This document shows, one piece after another, positions 1-13,200 of a stretch of DNA of 64,000 nucleotides. Position 1 is the first letter of the stretch; the number at the start of each line of letters is the position of its first letter. The position numbers and the translations under genes were made by a program. Origin of the DNA: Eledone cirrhosa (taxonomy: Eukaryota); assembly GCA_964016885.1 (NCBI GenBank), contig OZ024740.1, forward strand, positions 290,718,001 to 290,782,000, given 5' to 3'. The notes under the pieces were generated by a model. That model was not told the origin of the DNA and did no database searches. It saw only the letters and a list, made by a program, of their open reading frames with translations.

Positions 1-904
1 GTTTTTTTATGGGGGGTCCGTTTTTTATTTGGGTGCACCGTTCTTTTATGGGGGGGGCCGTTTTTTATTTGGGTACCCCGTTTTTTATTTGGGGGCCCCG
101 TTTTTTTATGGGGGGGTCCGTTTCTTATTTGGTTACCCCATTTTTTATTTGGATGCCCCGTTTTTTTTATGGGGGGGTCCGTTTTTTATTTGGGTGCCCC
201 GTTTTTTTATGGGGGGGTTCGTTTTTTGTTTGGGTCCCCCGTTTTTTTATGGGGGGTCCGTTTTTTATTTGGGTGCCCCGTTTTTTATGGGGGGTCCGTT
301 TTTTATTTGGGTGCTCCGTTTTTTATTTGGGTACCCCGTTTTTTATTTGGGTGCCCCGTTTTTTATTTGGGTGCCCCGTTTTTTTATGGGGGGGTCCGTT
401 TTTTATTTGGTTACCCCATTTTTTATTTGGGTGCCCCGTTTTTTATGGGGGGGTCCGTTTTTTATTTGGGTGCCCCGTTTTTTATGGGGGGTCCGTTTTT
501 TATTTGGGTGCCCCGTTTTTTATTTGGGTACCCCGTTTTTTATTTGGGTGCCCCGTTTTTTATTTGGGTGCCCCGTTTTTTTATGGGGGGGTCCGTTTTT
601 TATTTGGGTACCCCGTTTTTATATGGGGGGTCCGTTTTTTATTTGGGTGCCCCGTTTTTTATTTGGGTGTCCCGTTTTTTATTTGGGTGCACCGTTTTTT
701 ATTTGGGTGCCCCGTTTTTTATTTGGGTGCCCCGTTTTTTATTTGGGTACCCCTTTTTTTATTTGGTTGCCCCGTTTTTATATGGGGGGGTCCGTTTTTT
801 ATTTGGGTGCCCCGTTTTTTTATGGGGGGGTCCGTTTTTTATTTGGGTGCCCCGTTTTTTATTTGGTTACCCCGTTTTTTATTTGGGTGCCCCATTTTTT
901 GTTT

Positions 905-3470
905 GGGTGCCCCGTTTTTTTATGGGGGGTCCGTTTTTTATTTGGGTGCCCCGTTCTTTTATGGGGGATCCGTTTTTTATTTGGGAACCCCATTTTTTAT
1001 TTGGGTGCCCCGTTTTTTTATGGGTGGGTCCGTTTTTATTTGGGTGCCCCGTTTTTTTATGGGGGGGTCCGTTTTTTATTTGGGTGTCACGTTTTTTATT
1101 TGGGTGCACCGTTTTTTATTTGGGTACCCCGTTTTTTATTTCGGTGCACCGTTTTTTATTTGGGTGCCCCGTTTTTATTTGGGTACCCCGTTTTTTAATT
1201 GGGTGCCCCGTTTTTTTATGGGGGTCCGTTTTTTATTTGGGTGTCCCTTTTTTATGGGGGGTCCGTTTTTTATTTGGGTACCCCGTTTTTTATTTGGGTG
1301 CCCCGTTTTTTTATTTGGGGGTCCGTTTTTTATTTGGGTGCACCGTTCTTTTATGGGGGGGTCCGTTTTTTATTTGGGTACCCCGTTTTTTATTTGGGGG
1401 CCCCGTTTTTTTATGGGGGGGTCCGTTTTTTATTTGGGTACCCCGTTTTTTATTTGGGTGCCCCGTTTTTATATGGGGGGTCCGTTTTTTATTTGGGTGC
1501 CCCGTTTTTTATTTGGGTGCCCCGTTTTTTATTTGGGTGCACCGTTTTTTATTTGGGTGCCCCGTTTTTTATTTGGGTGCCCCGTTTTTTATTTGGGTAC
1601 CCCGTTTTTTATTTGGTTGCCCGTTTTTATATGGGGGGGTCCGTTTTTTATTTGGGTGCCCCGTTTTTTTATGGGGGGCCCGTTTTTTATTTGGGTGCCC
1701 CGTTTTTTATTTGGGTACCCCGTTTTTTATTTGGGTGCCCCGTTTTTTATTTGGGTGCCCCGTTTTTTTATGGGGGGTCCGTTTTTTATTTGGGTGCCCC
1801 GTTCTTTTATGGGGGATCCGTTTTTTATTTGGGAACCCCATTTTTTATTTGGGTGCCCCGTTTCTTTATGGGGGGGTCCGTTTTTTATTTGGGTGCCCCG
1901 TTTTTTTATGGGTGGGTCCGTTTTTATTTGGGTGCCCCGTTTTTTTATGGGGGGGTCCGTTTTTTATTTGGGTGTCACGTTTTTTATTTGGGTGCACCGT
2001 TTTTTATTTGGGTACCCCGTTTTTTATTTCGGTGCACCGTTTTTTATTTGGGTGCCCCGTTTTTATTTGGGTACCCCGTTTTTTAATTGGGTGCCCCGTT
2101 TTTTTATGGGGGTCCGTTTTTTATTTGGGTGTCCCTTTTTTATGGGGGGTCCGTTTTTTATTTGGGTACCCCGTTTTTTATTTAGGTGCCCCGTTTTTTT
2201 ATGGGGGGGTCCGTTTTTTATTTGGGTGCACCGTTCTTTTATGGGGGGGTCCGTTTTTTATTTGGGTACCCCGTTTTTTATTTGGGGGCCCCGTTTTTTT
2301 ATGGGGGGGTCCGTTTTTTATTTGGTTACACCATTTTTTATTTGGGTGCCCCGTTTTTTTATGGGGGGGTCCGTTTTTTATTTGGGTGCACCGTTCTTTT
2401 ATGGGGGGGTCCGTTTTTTATTTGGGTACCCCGTTTTTTATTTGGGGGCCCCGTTTTTTTATGGGGGGGTCCGTTTTTTATTTGGGTACCCCGTTTTTTA
2501 TTTGGGTGCCCCGTTTTTATATGGGGGGTCCGTTTTTTATTTGGGTGCCCCGTTTTTTATTTGGGTGCCCCGTTTTTTATTTGGGTGCACCGTTTTTTAT
2601 TTGGGTGCCCCGTTTTTTATTTGGGTGCCCCGTTTTTTATTTGGATACCCCGTTTTTTATTTGGTTGCCCGTTTTTATATGGGGGGGTCCGTTTTTTATT
2701 TGGGTGCCCCGTTTTTTTATGGGGGGGTCCGTTTTTTATTTGGGTGCCCCGTTTTTTTATGGGGGGGTCCGTTTTTTATTTGGGTGCCCCGTTTTTTATT
2801 TGGGTACCCCGTTTTTTATTTGGGTGCCCCATTTTTTATTTGGGTGCCCCGTTTTTTTATGGGGGGTCCGTTTTTTATTTGGGTGCCCCGTTCTTTTATG
2901 GGGTATCCGTTTTTTATTTGGGAACCCCATTTTTTATTTGGGTGCCCCGTTTCTTTATGGGGGGGTCCGTTTTTTATTTGGGTGCCCCGTTTTTTTATGG
3001 GTGGGTCCGTTTTTATTTGGGTGCCCCGTTTTTTTATGGGGGGGTCCGTTTTTTATTTGGGTGTCACGTTTTTTATTTGGGTGCACCGTTTTTTATTTGG
3101 GTACCCCGTTTTTTATTTCGGTGCACCGTTTTTTATTTGGGTGCCCCGTTTTTATTTGGGTACCCCGTTTTTTAATTGGGTGCCCCGTTTTTTTATGGGG
3201 GTCCGTTTTTTATTTGGGTGTCCCTTTTTTATGGGGGGTCCGTTTTTTATTTGGGTACACCGTTTTTTATTTGGGTGCCCCGTTTTTTTATGGGGGGGTC
3301 CGTTTTTTATTTGGGTGCACCGTTCTTTTATGGGGGGGTCCGTTTTTTATTTGGGTACCCCGTTTTTTATTTGGGGGCCCCGTTTTTTTATGGGGGGGTC
3401 CGTTTTTTATTTGGTTACACCATTTTTTATTTGGGTGCCCCGTTTTTTTATGGGGGGGTCCGTTTTTTAT
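905..3470 (+). repeat. Higher-order repeat, ~2.5 copies, periods 888 and 1089 bp
   Basis: Marker set TGGGTGGGTCC (1021, 1909, 2998), GGGTGTCACG, TTTCGGTGCACCG and TTTAATTGGG (stops at 1198, 2086, 3175) recurs in the same order. Confidence 0.88.
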
Positions 3471-3530
3471 TTGGGTGCCCCGTTTTTTTATGGGGGGTCC
3501 GTTTTTTATTTGGGTGCCCCGTTTTTTATG

Positions 3531-4876
3531 GGGGGTCCGTTTTTTATTTGGGTGCCCCGTTTTTTATTTGGGTACCCCGTTTTTTATTTGGGTGCCCCGT
3601 TTTTTATTTGGGTGCCCCGTTTTTTTATGGGGGGGTCCGTTTTTTATTTGGGTACCCCTTTTTTTATTTGGGTGCCCCGTTTTTATATGGGGGGTCCGTT
3701 TTTTATTTGGGTGCCCCGTTTTTTATTTGGGTGCCCCGTTTTTTATTTGGGTGCACCGTTTTTTATTTGGGTGCACCGTTTTTTATTTGGGTGCCCCGTT
3801 TTTTATTTGGGTACCCCGTTTTTTTATGGGGGGGTCCGTTTTTTATTTGGGTACCCCTTTTTTTATTTGGGTGCCCCGTTTTTATATGGGGGGTCCGTTT
3901 TTTATTTGGGTGTCCCTTTTTCTATGGGGGGTCCGTTTTTATTTGGGTACCCCGTTTTTTATTTGGGTGCCCCGTTTTTTTATGGGGGGTCCGTTTTTTA
4001 TTTGGGTGCACCGTTCTTTTATGGGGGGGTCCGTTTTTTATTTGGGTGCCCCGTTTTTTATATGGGTGCACCGTTTTTTATTTGGGTGCCCCGTTTTTTA
4101 TTTGGGTACCCCGTTTTTTATTTGGGTGCCCCGTTTTTTTATGGAGGGGTCCGTTTTTATTTGGGTACCCCGTTTTTTATTTGGGTGCCCCGTTTTTTAT
4201 GGGGGGGGTCCGTTTTTTATTTGGGTGCCCCGTTTTTTATTTGGGTACCCCGTTTTTTATTTGGGTGCCCCGTTTTTTATTTGGGTGCCCCGTTTTTTTA
4301 TGGGGGGGTCCGTTTTTTATTTGGGTACCCCTTTTTTTATTTGGGTGCCCCGTTTTTATATGGGGGGTCCGTTTTTTATTTGGGTGCCCCGTTTTTTATT
4401 TGGGTGCCCCGTTTTTTATTTGGGTGCACCGTTTTTTATTTGGGTGCACCGTTTTTTATTTGGGTGCCCCGTTTTTTATTTGGGTACCCCGTTTTTTTAT
4501 GGGGGGGTCCGTTTTTTATTTGGGTACCCCTTTTTTTATTTGGGTGCCCCGTTTTTATATGGGGGGTCCGTTTTTTATTTGGGTGTCCCTTTTTCTATGG
4601 GGGGTCCGTTTTTATTTGGGTACCCCGTTTTTTATTTGGGTGCCCCGTTTTTTTATGGGGGGTCCGTTTTTTATTTGGGTGCACCGTTCTTTTATGGGGG
4701 GGTCCGTTTTTTATTTGGGTGCCCCGTTTTTTATATGGGTGCACCGTTTTTTATTTGGGTGCCCCGTTTTTTATTTGGGTACCCCGTTTTTTATTTGGGT
4801 GCCCCGTTTTTTTATGGAGGGGTCCGTTTTTATTTGGGTACCCCGTTTTTTATTTGGGTGCCCCGTTTTTTTATGG
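3531..4876 (+). repeat. Tandem duplication, 673-bp unit (~34 monomers) x2
   Basis: GGTACCCCT at 3651/4324, the C of TTTTCTATGG at 3922/4595, and ATGGAGGGG at 4141/4814 are all offset by 673. Confidence 0.9.
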
Positions 4877-7800
4877 GGGGTCCGTTTTTTATTTGTGTGC
4901 CCCGTTTTTTTATTGGGGCGTCCGTTTTTTATTTGGGTGCCCCGTTTTTTATGGGGGGTCCGTTTTTTATTTGGGTGCCCCGTTTTTTATTTGGGTGCCC
5001 CGTTTTTTTATGGGGGGGTCCGTTTTTTATTTGGGTGCACCGTTCTTTTATGGGGGGGTCCGTTTTTTATTTGGGTACCCCGTTTTTTATTTGGGGGCCC
5101 CGTTTTTTTATGGGGGGGTCCGTTTTTTATTTGGTTACACCATTTTTTATTTGGGTGCCCCGTTTTTTTATGGGGGGGTCCGTTTTTTATTTGGGTGCCC
5201 CGTTTTTTTATGGGGGGGGGTTCGTTTTTTATTTGGGTGCCCCGTTTTTTATGGGGGGTCCGTTTTTTATTTGGGTGCCCCGTTTTTTATGGGGGGTCCG
5301 TTTTTTATTTGGGTGCCCCGTTTTTTATTTGGGTACACCGTTTTTTATTTGGGTGCCCCGTTTTTTATGGGGGGGTCCGTTTTTTATTTGGGTACCCCGT
5401 TTTTTATTTGGGTGCCCCGTTTTTTATGGGGGGTCCGTTTTTTATTTGGGTGCCCCGTTTTTTATTTGGCTACACCGTTTTTTATTTGGGTGCCCCGTTT
5501 TTTATGGGGGGTCCGTTTTTTATTTGGGTACCCCGTTTTTTATTTGGATGCCCCGTTTTTTATGGGGGGGTACGTTTTTTATTTGGGTGCCCCGTTTTTT
5601 ATGGGGGGTTCGTTTTTTATTTGGGTGCCCCGTTTTTTATTTGGGTGCCCCGTTTTTATATGGGGGGTCCGTTTTTTATTTGGGTGCCCCGTTATTTATT
5701 TGGGTGCCCTGTTTTTTTATGGGGGGGTCCGTTTTTTGGGTACACCTTTTTTTATTTGGGTGCCCCGTTTTTATATGGGGGGTCCGTTTTTTATTTGGGT
5801 GCCCCGTTTTTTATTTGGGTGCCCCGTTTTTTATTTGGGTGCACCGTTTTTTATTTGGGTGCACCGTTTTTTATTTGGGTGCCCCGTTTTTTATTTGGGT
5901 ACCCCGTTTTTTATTTGGTTGCCCCGTTTTTATATGGGGGGGTCCGTTTTTTATTTGGGTGCCCCGTTTTTTTATGGGGGGTCCGTTTTTTATTTGGGAA
6001 CCCCATTTTTTATTTGGGTGCACCGTTTTTTTATGGGGGTCCGTTTTTATTTGGGTACCCCGTTTTTTATTTGGGTGCCCCGTTTTTTATGGGGGGGGTC
6101 CGTTTTTTATTTGGGTGCCCCGTTTTTTATTTGGGTACACCGTTTTTTATTTGGGTGCCCCGTTTTTTATGGGGGGTCCGTTTTTTATTTGGGTACCCCG
6201 TTTTTTATTTGGGTGCCCCGTTTTTTATGGGGGGTCCGTTTTTTATTTGGGTGCCCCGTTTTTTATTTGGGTACCCCGTTTTTTATTTGGGTGCCCCGTT
6301 TTTTATGGGGGGGTCCGTTTTTTATTTGGGTACCCCGTTTTTTATTTGGGTGCCCCGTTTTTTATGGGGGGTCCGTTTTTTATTTGGGTGCCCCGTTTTT
6401 TATTTGGGTACCCCGTTTTTTATTTGGGTGCCCCGTTTTTTATTTTGGTGCCCCGTTTTTTTATGTGGGGGTCCGTTTTTTATTTGGGTACCCCTTTTTT
6501 TATTTGGGTGCCCCGTTTTTATATGGGGGGTCCATTTTTTATTTGGGTGCCCCGTTTTTTATTTGGGTGCCCCGTTTTTTATTTGGGTGCACCGTTTTTT
6601 ATTTGGGTGCACCGTTTTTTATTTGGGTGCCCCGTTTTTTATTTGGGTACCCCGTTTTTTAATGGGGGGGTCCGTTTTTTATTTGGGTACCCCTTTTTTT
6701 ATTTGGGTGCCCCGTTTTTATATGGGGGGTCCGTTTTTTATTTGGGTACCCCGTTTTTTATTTGGGTGCCCCGTTTTTTTATGGGGGGTCCGTTTTTTAT
6801 TTGGGTGCACCGTTTTTTATGGGGGAGGTCCGTTTTTTATTTGGGTGCCCCGTTTTTTATATGGGTGCACCGTTTTTTATTTGGGTGCCCCGTTTTTTAT
6901 TTGGGTACCCCGTTTTTTATTTGGGTGCCCCGTTTTTTTATGGAGGGGTCCGTTTTTATTTGGGTACCCCGTTTTTTATTTGGGTGCCCCGTTTTTTATG
7001 GGGGGGTCCGTTTTTTATTTGGGTGTCCCGTTTTTTTATGGGGGGTCCGTTTTTTATTTGTGTGCCCCGTTTTTTATTGGGGCGTCCGTTTTTTATTTGG
7101 GTGCCCCGTTTTTTATGGGGGGTCCGTTTTTTATTTGGGTGCCCCGTTTTTTATTTGGTGCCCCGTTTTTTATTTGGGTACCCCGTTTTTTATTTGGTTG
7201 CCCCGTTTTTATATGGGGGGGTCCGTTTTTTATTTGGGTGCCCCGTTTTTTTATGGGGGGTCCGTTTTTTATTTGGGAACCCCATTTTTTATTTGGGTGC
7301 CCCGTTTTTTTATGGGGGTCCGTTTTTATTTGGGTACCCCGTTTTTTATTTGGGTGCCCCGTTTTTTATGGGGGGGTCCGTTTTTTATTTGGGTGCCCCG
7401 TTTTTTATGGGGGGGTCCGTTTTTTATTTGGGTGCCTCGTTTTTTATTTGGGTACACCGTTTTTTATTTGGGTGCCCCGTTTTTTATGGGGGGGTCCGTT
7501 TTTTATTTGGGTACCCCGTTTTTTATTTGGGTGCCCCGTTTTTTATGGGGGGTCCGTTTTTTATTTGGGTGCCCCGTTTTTTATTTGGCTACACCGTTTT
7601 TTATTTGGGTGCCCCGTTTTTTATGGGGGGGTCCGTTTTTTATTTGGGTACCCCGTTTTTTATTTGGATGCCCCGTTTTTTATGGGGGGGTACGTTTTTT
7701 ATTTGGGTGCCCCGTTTTTTATGGGGGGTCCGTTTTTTATTTGGGTGCCCCGTTTTTTATTTGGGTACCCCGTTTTTTATTTGGGTGCCCCGTTATTTAT

Positions 7801-10279
7801 TTGGGTGCCCCGTTTTTTTATGGGGGGGTCCGTTTTTTTTTGGGTACACCTTTTTTTATTTGGGTGCCCCGTTTTTATATGGGGGGTCCGTTTTTTATTT
7901 GGGTGCCCCGTTATTTATTTGGGTGCCCGGTTTTTTTATGGGGGGGTGCGTTTTTTATTTGGGTACACCTTTTTTTATTTGGGTGCCCCGTTTTTATATG
8001 GGGGGTCCGTTTTTTATTTGGGTGCCCCTATTTTTATTTGGGTGCCCCGTTTTTTATTTGGGTGCACCGTTTTTTATTTGGGTGCACCGTTTTTTATTTG
8101 GGTGCCCCGTTTTTTATTTGGGTACCCCGTTTTTTATTTGGTTGCCCCGTTTTTATATGGGGAGGTCCGTTTTTTATTTGGGTGCCCCGTTTTTTTATGG
8201 GGGGTCCGTTTTTTATTTGGGAACCCCATTTTTTATTTGGGTGCCCCGTTTTTTTATGGGGGTCCGTTTTTATTTGGGTACCCCGTTCTTTATTTGGGTG
8301 CCCCGTTTTTTATGGGGGGGGTCCGTTTTTTATTTGGGTGCCCCGTTTTTTATTTGGGTACACCGTTTTTTATTTGGGTGCCCCGTTTTTTATGGGGGGG
8401 TCCGTTTTTTATTTGGGTACCCCGTTTTTTATTTGGGTGCCCCGTTTTTTATGGGGGATCCGTTTTTTATTTGGGTGCCCCGTTTTTTATTTGGGTACAC
8501 CGTTTTTTATTTGGGTGCCCCGTTTTTTATGGGGGGGTCCGTTTTTTATTTGGGTACCCCGTTTTTTATTTGGGTGCCCCGTTTTTTATGGGGGATCCGT
8601 TTTTTATTTGGGTGCCCCGTTTTTTATTTGGGTACACCGTTTTTTATTTGGGTGCCCCGTTTTTTATGGGGGGGTCCGTTTTTTATTTGGGTACCCCGTT
8701 TTTTATTTGGATGCCCCGTTTTTTATGGGGGGGTACGTTTTTTATTTGGGTGCCCCGTTTTTTTATGGGGGGGTCAGGTTTTTATTTGGGTGCCCCGTTT
8801 TTTTATGGGGGGTCCGTTTTTTATTTGGGTGCCCCGTTTATTATGGGGGCGTCCGTTTTTTATTTGGGTGCCCCGTTTTTTATTTGGGTACCCCGTTTTT
8901 TATTTGGGTGCCCCGTTTTTTATTTGGGTGCCCCGTTCTTTTATGGGGGGTCCGTTTTTTATTTGGGTGCCCCGTTCTTTTATGGGGGGGTCCGTTTTTT
9001 ATTTGGGTGCCCCGCTTTTATATGGGGGGTCCGTTTTTTATTTGGGTGCCCCGTTATTTATTTGGGTGCCCCGTTTTTTTATGGGGGGGTCCGTTTTTTA
9101 TTTGGGTACACCTTTTTTTATTTGGGTGCCCCGTTTTTATATGGGGGGTCCGTTTTTTATTTGGGTGCCCCGTTTTTTATTTGGGTGCCCCGTTTTTTAT
9201 TTGGGTGCACCGTTTTTTATTTGGGTGCACCGTTTTTTATTTGGGTGCCCCGTTTTTTATTTGGGTACCCCGTTTTTTATTTGGTTCCCCCGTTTTTATA
9301 TGGGGGGGTCCGTTTTTTATTTGGGTGCCCCGTTTTTTTATGGGGGGTCCGTTTTTTATTTGGGAACCCCATTTTTTATTTGGGTGCCCCGTTTTTTATT
9401 TGGGTGCCCCGTTTTTTATTTGGGTGCCCCGTTCTTTTATGGGGGGTCCGTTTTTTATTTGGGTGCCCCGTTCTTTTATGGGGGGTCCGTTTTTTATTTG
9501 GGTGCCCCGTTTTTTTATGGGGGGATCCGTTTTTTATTTGGGAACCCCATTTTTTATTTGGGTGCCCCGTTTCTTTATGGGGGGGTCCGTTTTTTATTTG
9601 GGTGCCCCGTTTTTTATTTGGGTGCACCGTTTTTTATTTGGGTACCCCGTTTTTTATTTCGGTGCACCGTTATTTATTTGGGTGCCCCGTTTTTTTATGG
9701 GGGGTCCGTTTTTTACTTGGGAACCCCATTTTTTATTTGGGTGCCCCGTTTTTTTATGGGGGGGGTCCGTTTTTTATTTGAGGGCCCCGTTTTTTTATGG
9801 GGGGTCCGTTTTTTATTTGGGTGCCCCGTTTTTTATTTGGGTGCACCGTTTTTTAGTTGGGTGCCCCGTTTTTTATTTGGGTGCCCCGTTTTTTTATGGG
9901 GAGTCCGTTTTTTATTTGGGTGTCCCTTTTTTTATGGGGGGTCCGTTTTTTATTTGGGTACCCCGTTTTTTATTTGGGTGCCCCGTTTTTTTATGGGGGG
10001 TCCGTTTTTTATTTGGGTACCCCGTTCTTTATTTGGGTGCCCCGTTTTTTATTTGGGTACCCCGTTTTTTATTTGGGTGTCCCGTTTTTTTATGGGGGGG
10101 TACGTTTTTTATTTGGGTACCCCGTTTTTTATTTGGGGGCCCCGTTTTTTTATGGGGGGTCCGTTTTTTATTTGGTTACCCCATTTTTTATTTGGGTGCC
10201 CCGTTTTTTTATGGGGGGGTCCGTTTTTTATTTGGGTGCCCCGTTTTTTTATGGGGGGGTTTGTTTTTTATTTGGGTGC

Positions 10280-13200
10280 CCCGTTTTTTTATGGGGGGTC
10301 CGTTTTTTATTTGGGTGCCCCGTTTTTTATTTGGGTGCCCCGTTTTTTATTTGGGTGCCCCGTTTTTTTATGGGGGGGTCCGTTTTTTATTTGGGTACCC
10401 CGTTTTTTATTTGGGTGCCCCGTTTTTATATGGGTGCCCCGTTTTTTATTTGGGTGCCCCGTTTTTATATGGGGGGGTCCGTTTTTTATTTGGGTGCCCC
10501 GTTTTTATATGGGGGGTCCGTTTTTTATTTGGGTGCCCCGATTTTTATGGGGGCTCCGTTTTTGATTTGGGTGCCCCGTTTTTTATTTGGGTACCCCGTT
10601 TTTTATTTGGGTGCCCCGTTTTTTATTTGGGTGCCCCGTTTTTTTATGGGGGGGTCCGTTTTTTATTTGGGTACCCCGTTTTTTATTTGGGTGCCCCGTT
10701 TTTATAAGGGGGGTCCGTTTTTTATTTGGGTGCCCCGTTTTCTATTTGGGTGCCCCGTTTTTTATTTGGGTGCACCGTTTTTTATTTGGGTGCCCCGTTT
10801 TTTATTTGGGTGCCCCGTTTATTATTTGGGTACCCCGTTTTTTATTTGGTTGCCCCGTTTTTATATGGGGGGGTCCGTTTTTTATTTGGGTGCCCCGTTT
10901 TTTTATGGGGGGGTCCGTTTTTTATTTGGGTGCCCCGTTTTTTATTTGGGTACCCCGTTTTTTATTTGGGTGCCCCGTTTTCTATTTGGGTGCCCCGTTT
11001 TTTTATGGGGGGTCCGTTTTTTATTTGGGTGCCCCGTTTTTTATGGGGGGTCCGTTTTTTATTTGGGTGCCCCGTTTTTTATTTGGGTACCCCGTTTTTT
11101 ATTTGGGTGCCCCGTTTTTTATTTGGGTGCCCCGTTTTTTTTATGGGGGGGTCCGTTTTTTATTTGGGTACCCCTTTTTTTATTTGGGTGTCCCGTTTTT
11201 TTATGGGGGGGTCCGTTTTTTATTTGGGTACCCCGTTTTTTATTTGGGGGCCCCGTTTTTTTATGGGGGGGTCCGTTTTTTATTTGGTTACCCCATTTTT
11301 TATTTGGGTGCCCCGTTTTTTTATGGGGGGGTTCGTTTTTTATTTGGGTGCCCCGTTTTTTTATGGGGGGTCCGTTTTTTATTTGGGTTCCCCGTTTTTT
11401 ATTTGGGTACCCCGTTTTTTATTTGGGTGCCCCGTTTTTTATTTGGGTGCCCCGTTTTTTTATGGGGGGTCCGTTTTTTATTTGGGTACCCCGTTTTTTA
11501 TTTGGGTGCCCCGTTTTTATATGGGTGCCCCGTTTTTTATTTGGGTGCACCGTTTTTTTTTTGGGTGCACCGTTTTTTATTTGGGTGCCCCGTTTTTTAT
11601 TTGGGTGCCCCGTTTTTTATTTGGGTGCCCCGTTTTTTTATGGGGGGGTTCGTTTTTTATTTGGGTGCCCCGTTTTTTTATGGGGGGTCCGTTTTTTATT
11701 TGGGTGCCCCGTTTTTTATGGGGGGTCCGTTTTTATTTGGGTGCCCCGTTTTTTATTTGGGTACCCCGTTTTTTATTTGGATGCCCCGTTTTTTATTTGG
11801 GTGCCCCGTTTTTTTATGGGGGGGTCCGTTTTTTATTTGGGTGCACCGTTCTTCTATGGGGGGTCCGTTTTTTATTTGGGTACCCCGTTTTTTATTTGGG
11901 GGCCCCGTTTTTTTTATGGGGGGGTCCGTTTCTTATTTGGTTACCCCATTTTTTATTTGGGTGCCCCGTTTTTTTTATGGGGGGGTCCGTTTTTTATTTG
12001 GGTGCCCCGTTTTTTTATGGGGGGGTTCGTTTTTTATTTGGGTCCCCCGTTTTTTTATGGGGGTCCGTTTTTTATTTGGGTGCCCCGTTTTTTATGGGGG
12101 GTCCGTTTTTTATTTGGGTGCCCCGTTTTTTATTTGGGTACCCCGTTTTTTATTTGGGTGCCCCGTTTTTTATTTGGGTGCCCCGTTTTTTTATGGGGGG
12201 GTCCGTTTTTTATTTGGGTGCCCCGTTTTTTATTTGGGTACCCCGTTTTTTATTTGGGTGCCCCGTTTTTTATTTCGGGGCCCCGTTTTTTATGGGGGGG
12301 TCCGTTTTTTATTTGGTTACCCCATTTTTTATTTGGGTGCCCCGTTTTTTTATGGGGGGGTCCGTTTTTTATTTGGGTGCCCCGTTGTTTTATGGGGGGG
12401 TTCGTTTTTTATATGGGTGCCCCGTTTTTATATGGGGGGTCCGTTTTTTATTTGGGTGCCCCGTTATTTATTTGGGTGCCCCGTTTTTTTATGGGGGGGT
12501 CCGTTTTTTATTTGGGTACCCCGTTTTTTATTTGGGTGCCCCGTTTTTATAAGGGGGGTCCGTTTTTTATTTGGGTGCCCCGTTTTCTATTTGGGTGCCC
12601 CGTTTTTTATTTGGGTGCACCGTTTTTTATTTGGGTGCCCCGTTTTTTATTTGGGTGCCCCGTTTATTATTTGGGTACCCCGTTTTTTATTTGGTTGCCC
12701 CGTTTTTATATGGGGGGGTCCGTTTTTTATTTGGGTGCCCCGTTTTTTTATGGGGGGGTCCGTTTTTTATTTGGGTGCCCCGTTTTTTATTTGGGTACCC
12801 CGTTTTTTATTTGGGTGACCCGTTTTCTATTTGGGTGCCCCGTTTTTTTATGGGGGGTCCGTTTTTTATTTGGGTGCCCCGTTTTTTATGGGGGGTCCGT
12901 TTTTTATTTGGGTGCCCCGTTTTTTATTTGGGTACCCCGTTTTTTATTTGGGTGCCCCGTTTTTTATTTGGGTGCCCCGTTTTTTTTATGGGGGGGTCCG
13001 TTTTTTATTTGAGTACCCCTTTTTTTATTTGGGTGTCCCGTTTTTTTATGGGGGGGTCCGTTTTTTATTTGGGTACCCCGTTTTTTATTTGGGGGCCCCG
13101 TTTTTTTATGGGGGGGTCCGTTTTTTATTTGGTTACCCCATTTTTTATTTGGGTGCCCCGTTTTTTTATGGGGGGGTTCGTTTTTTATTTGGGTGCCCCG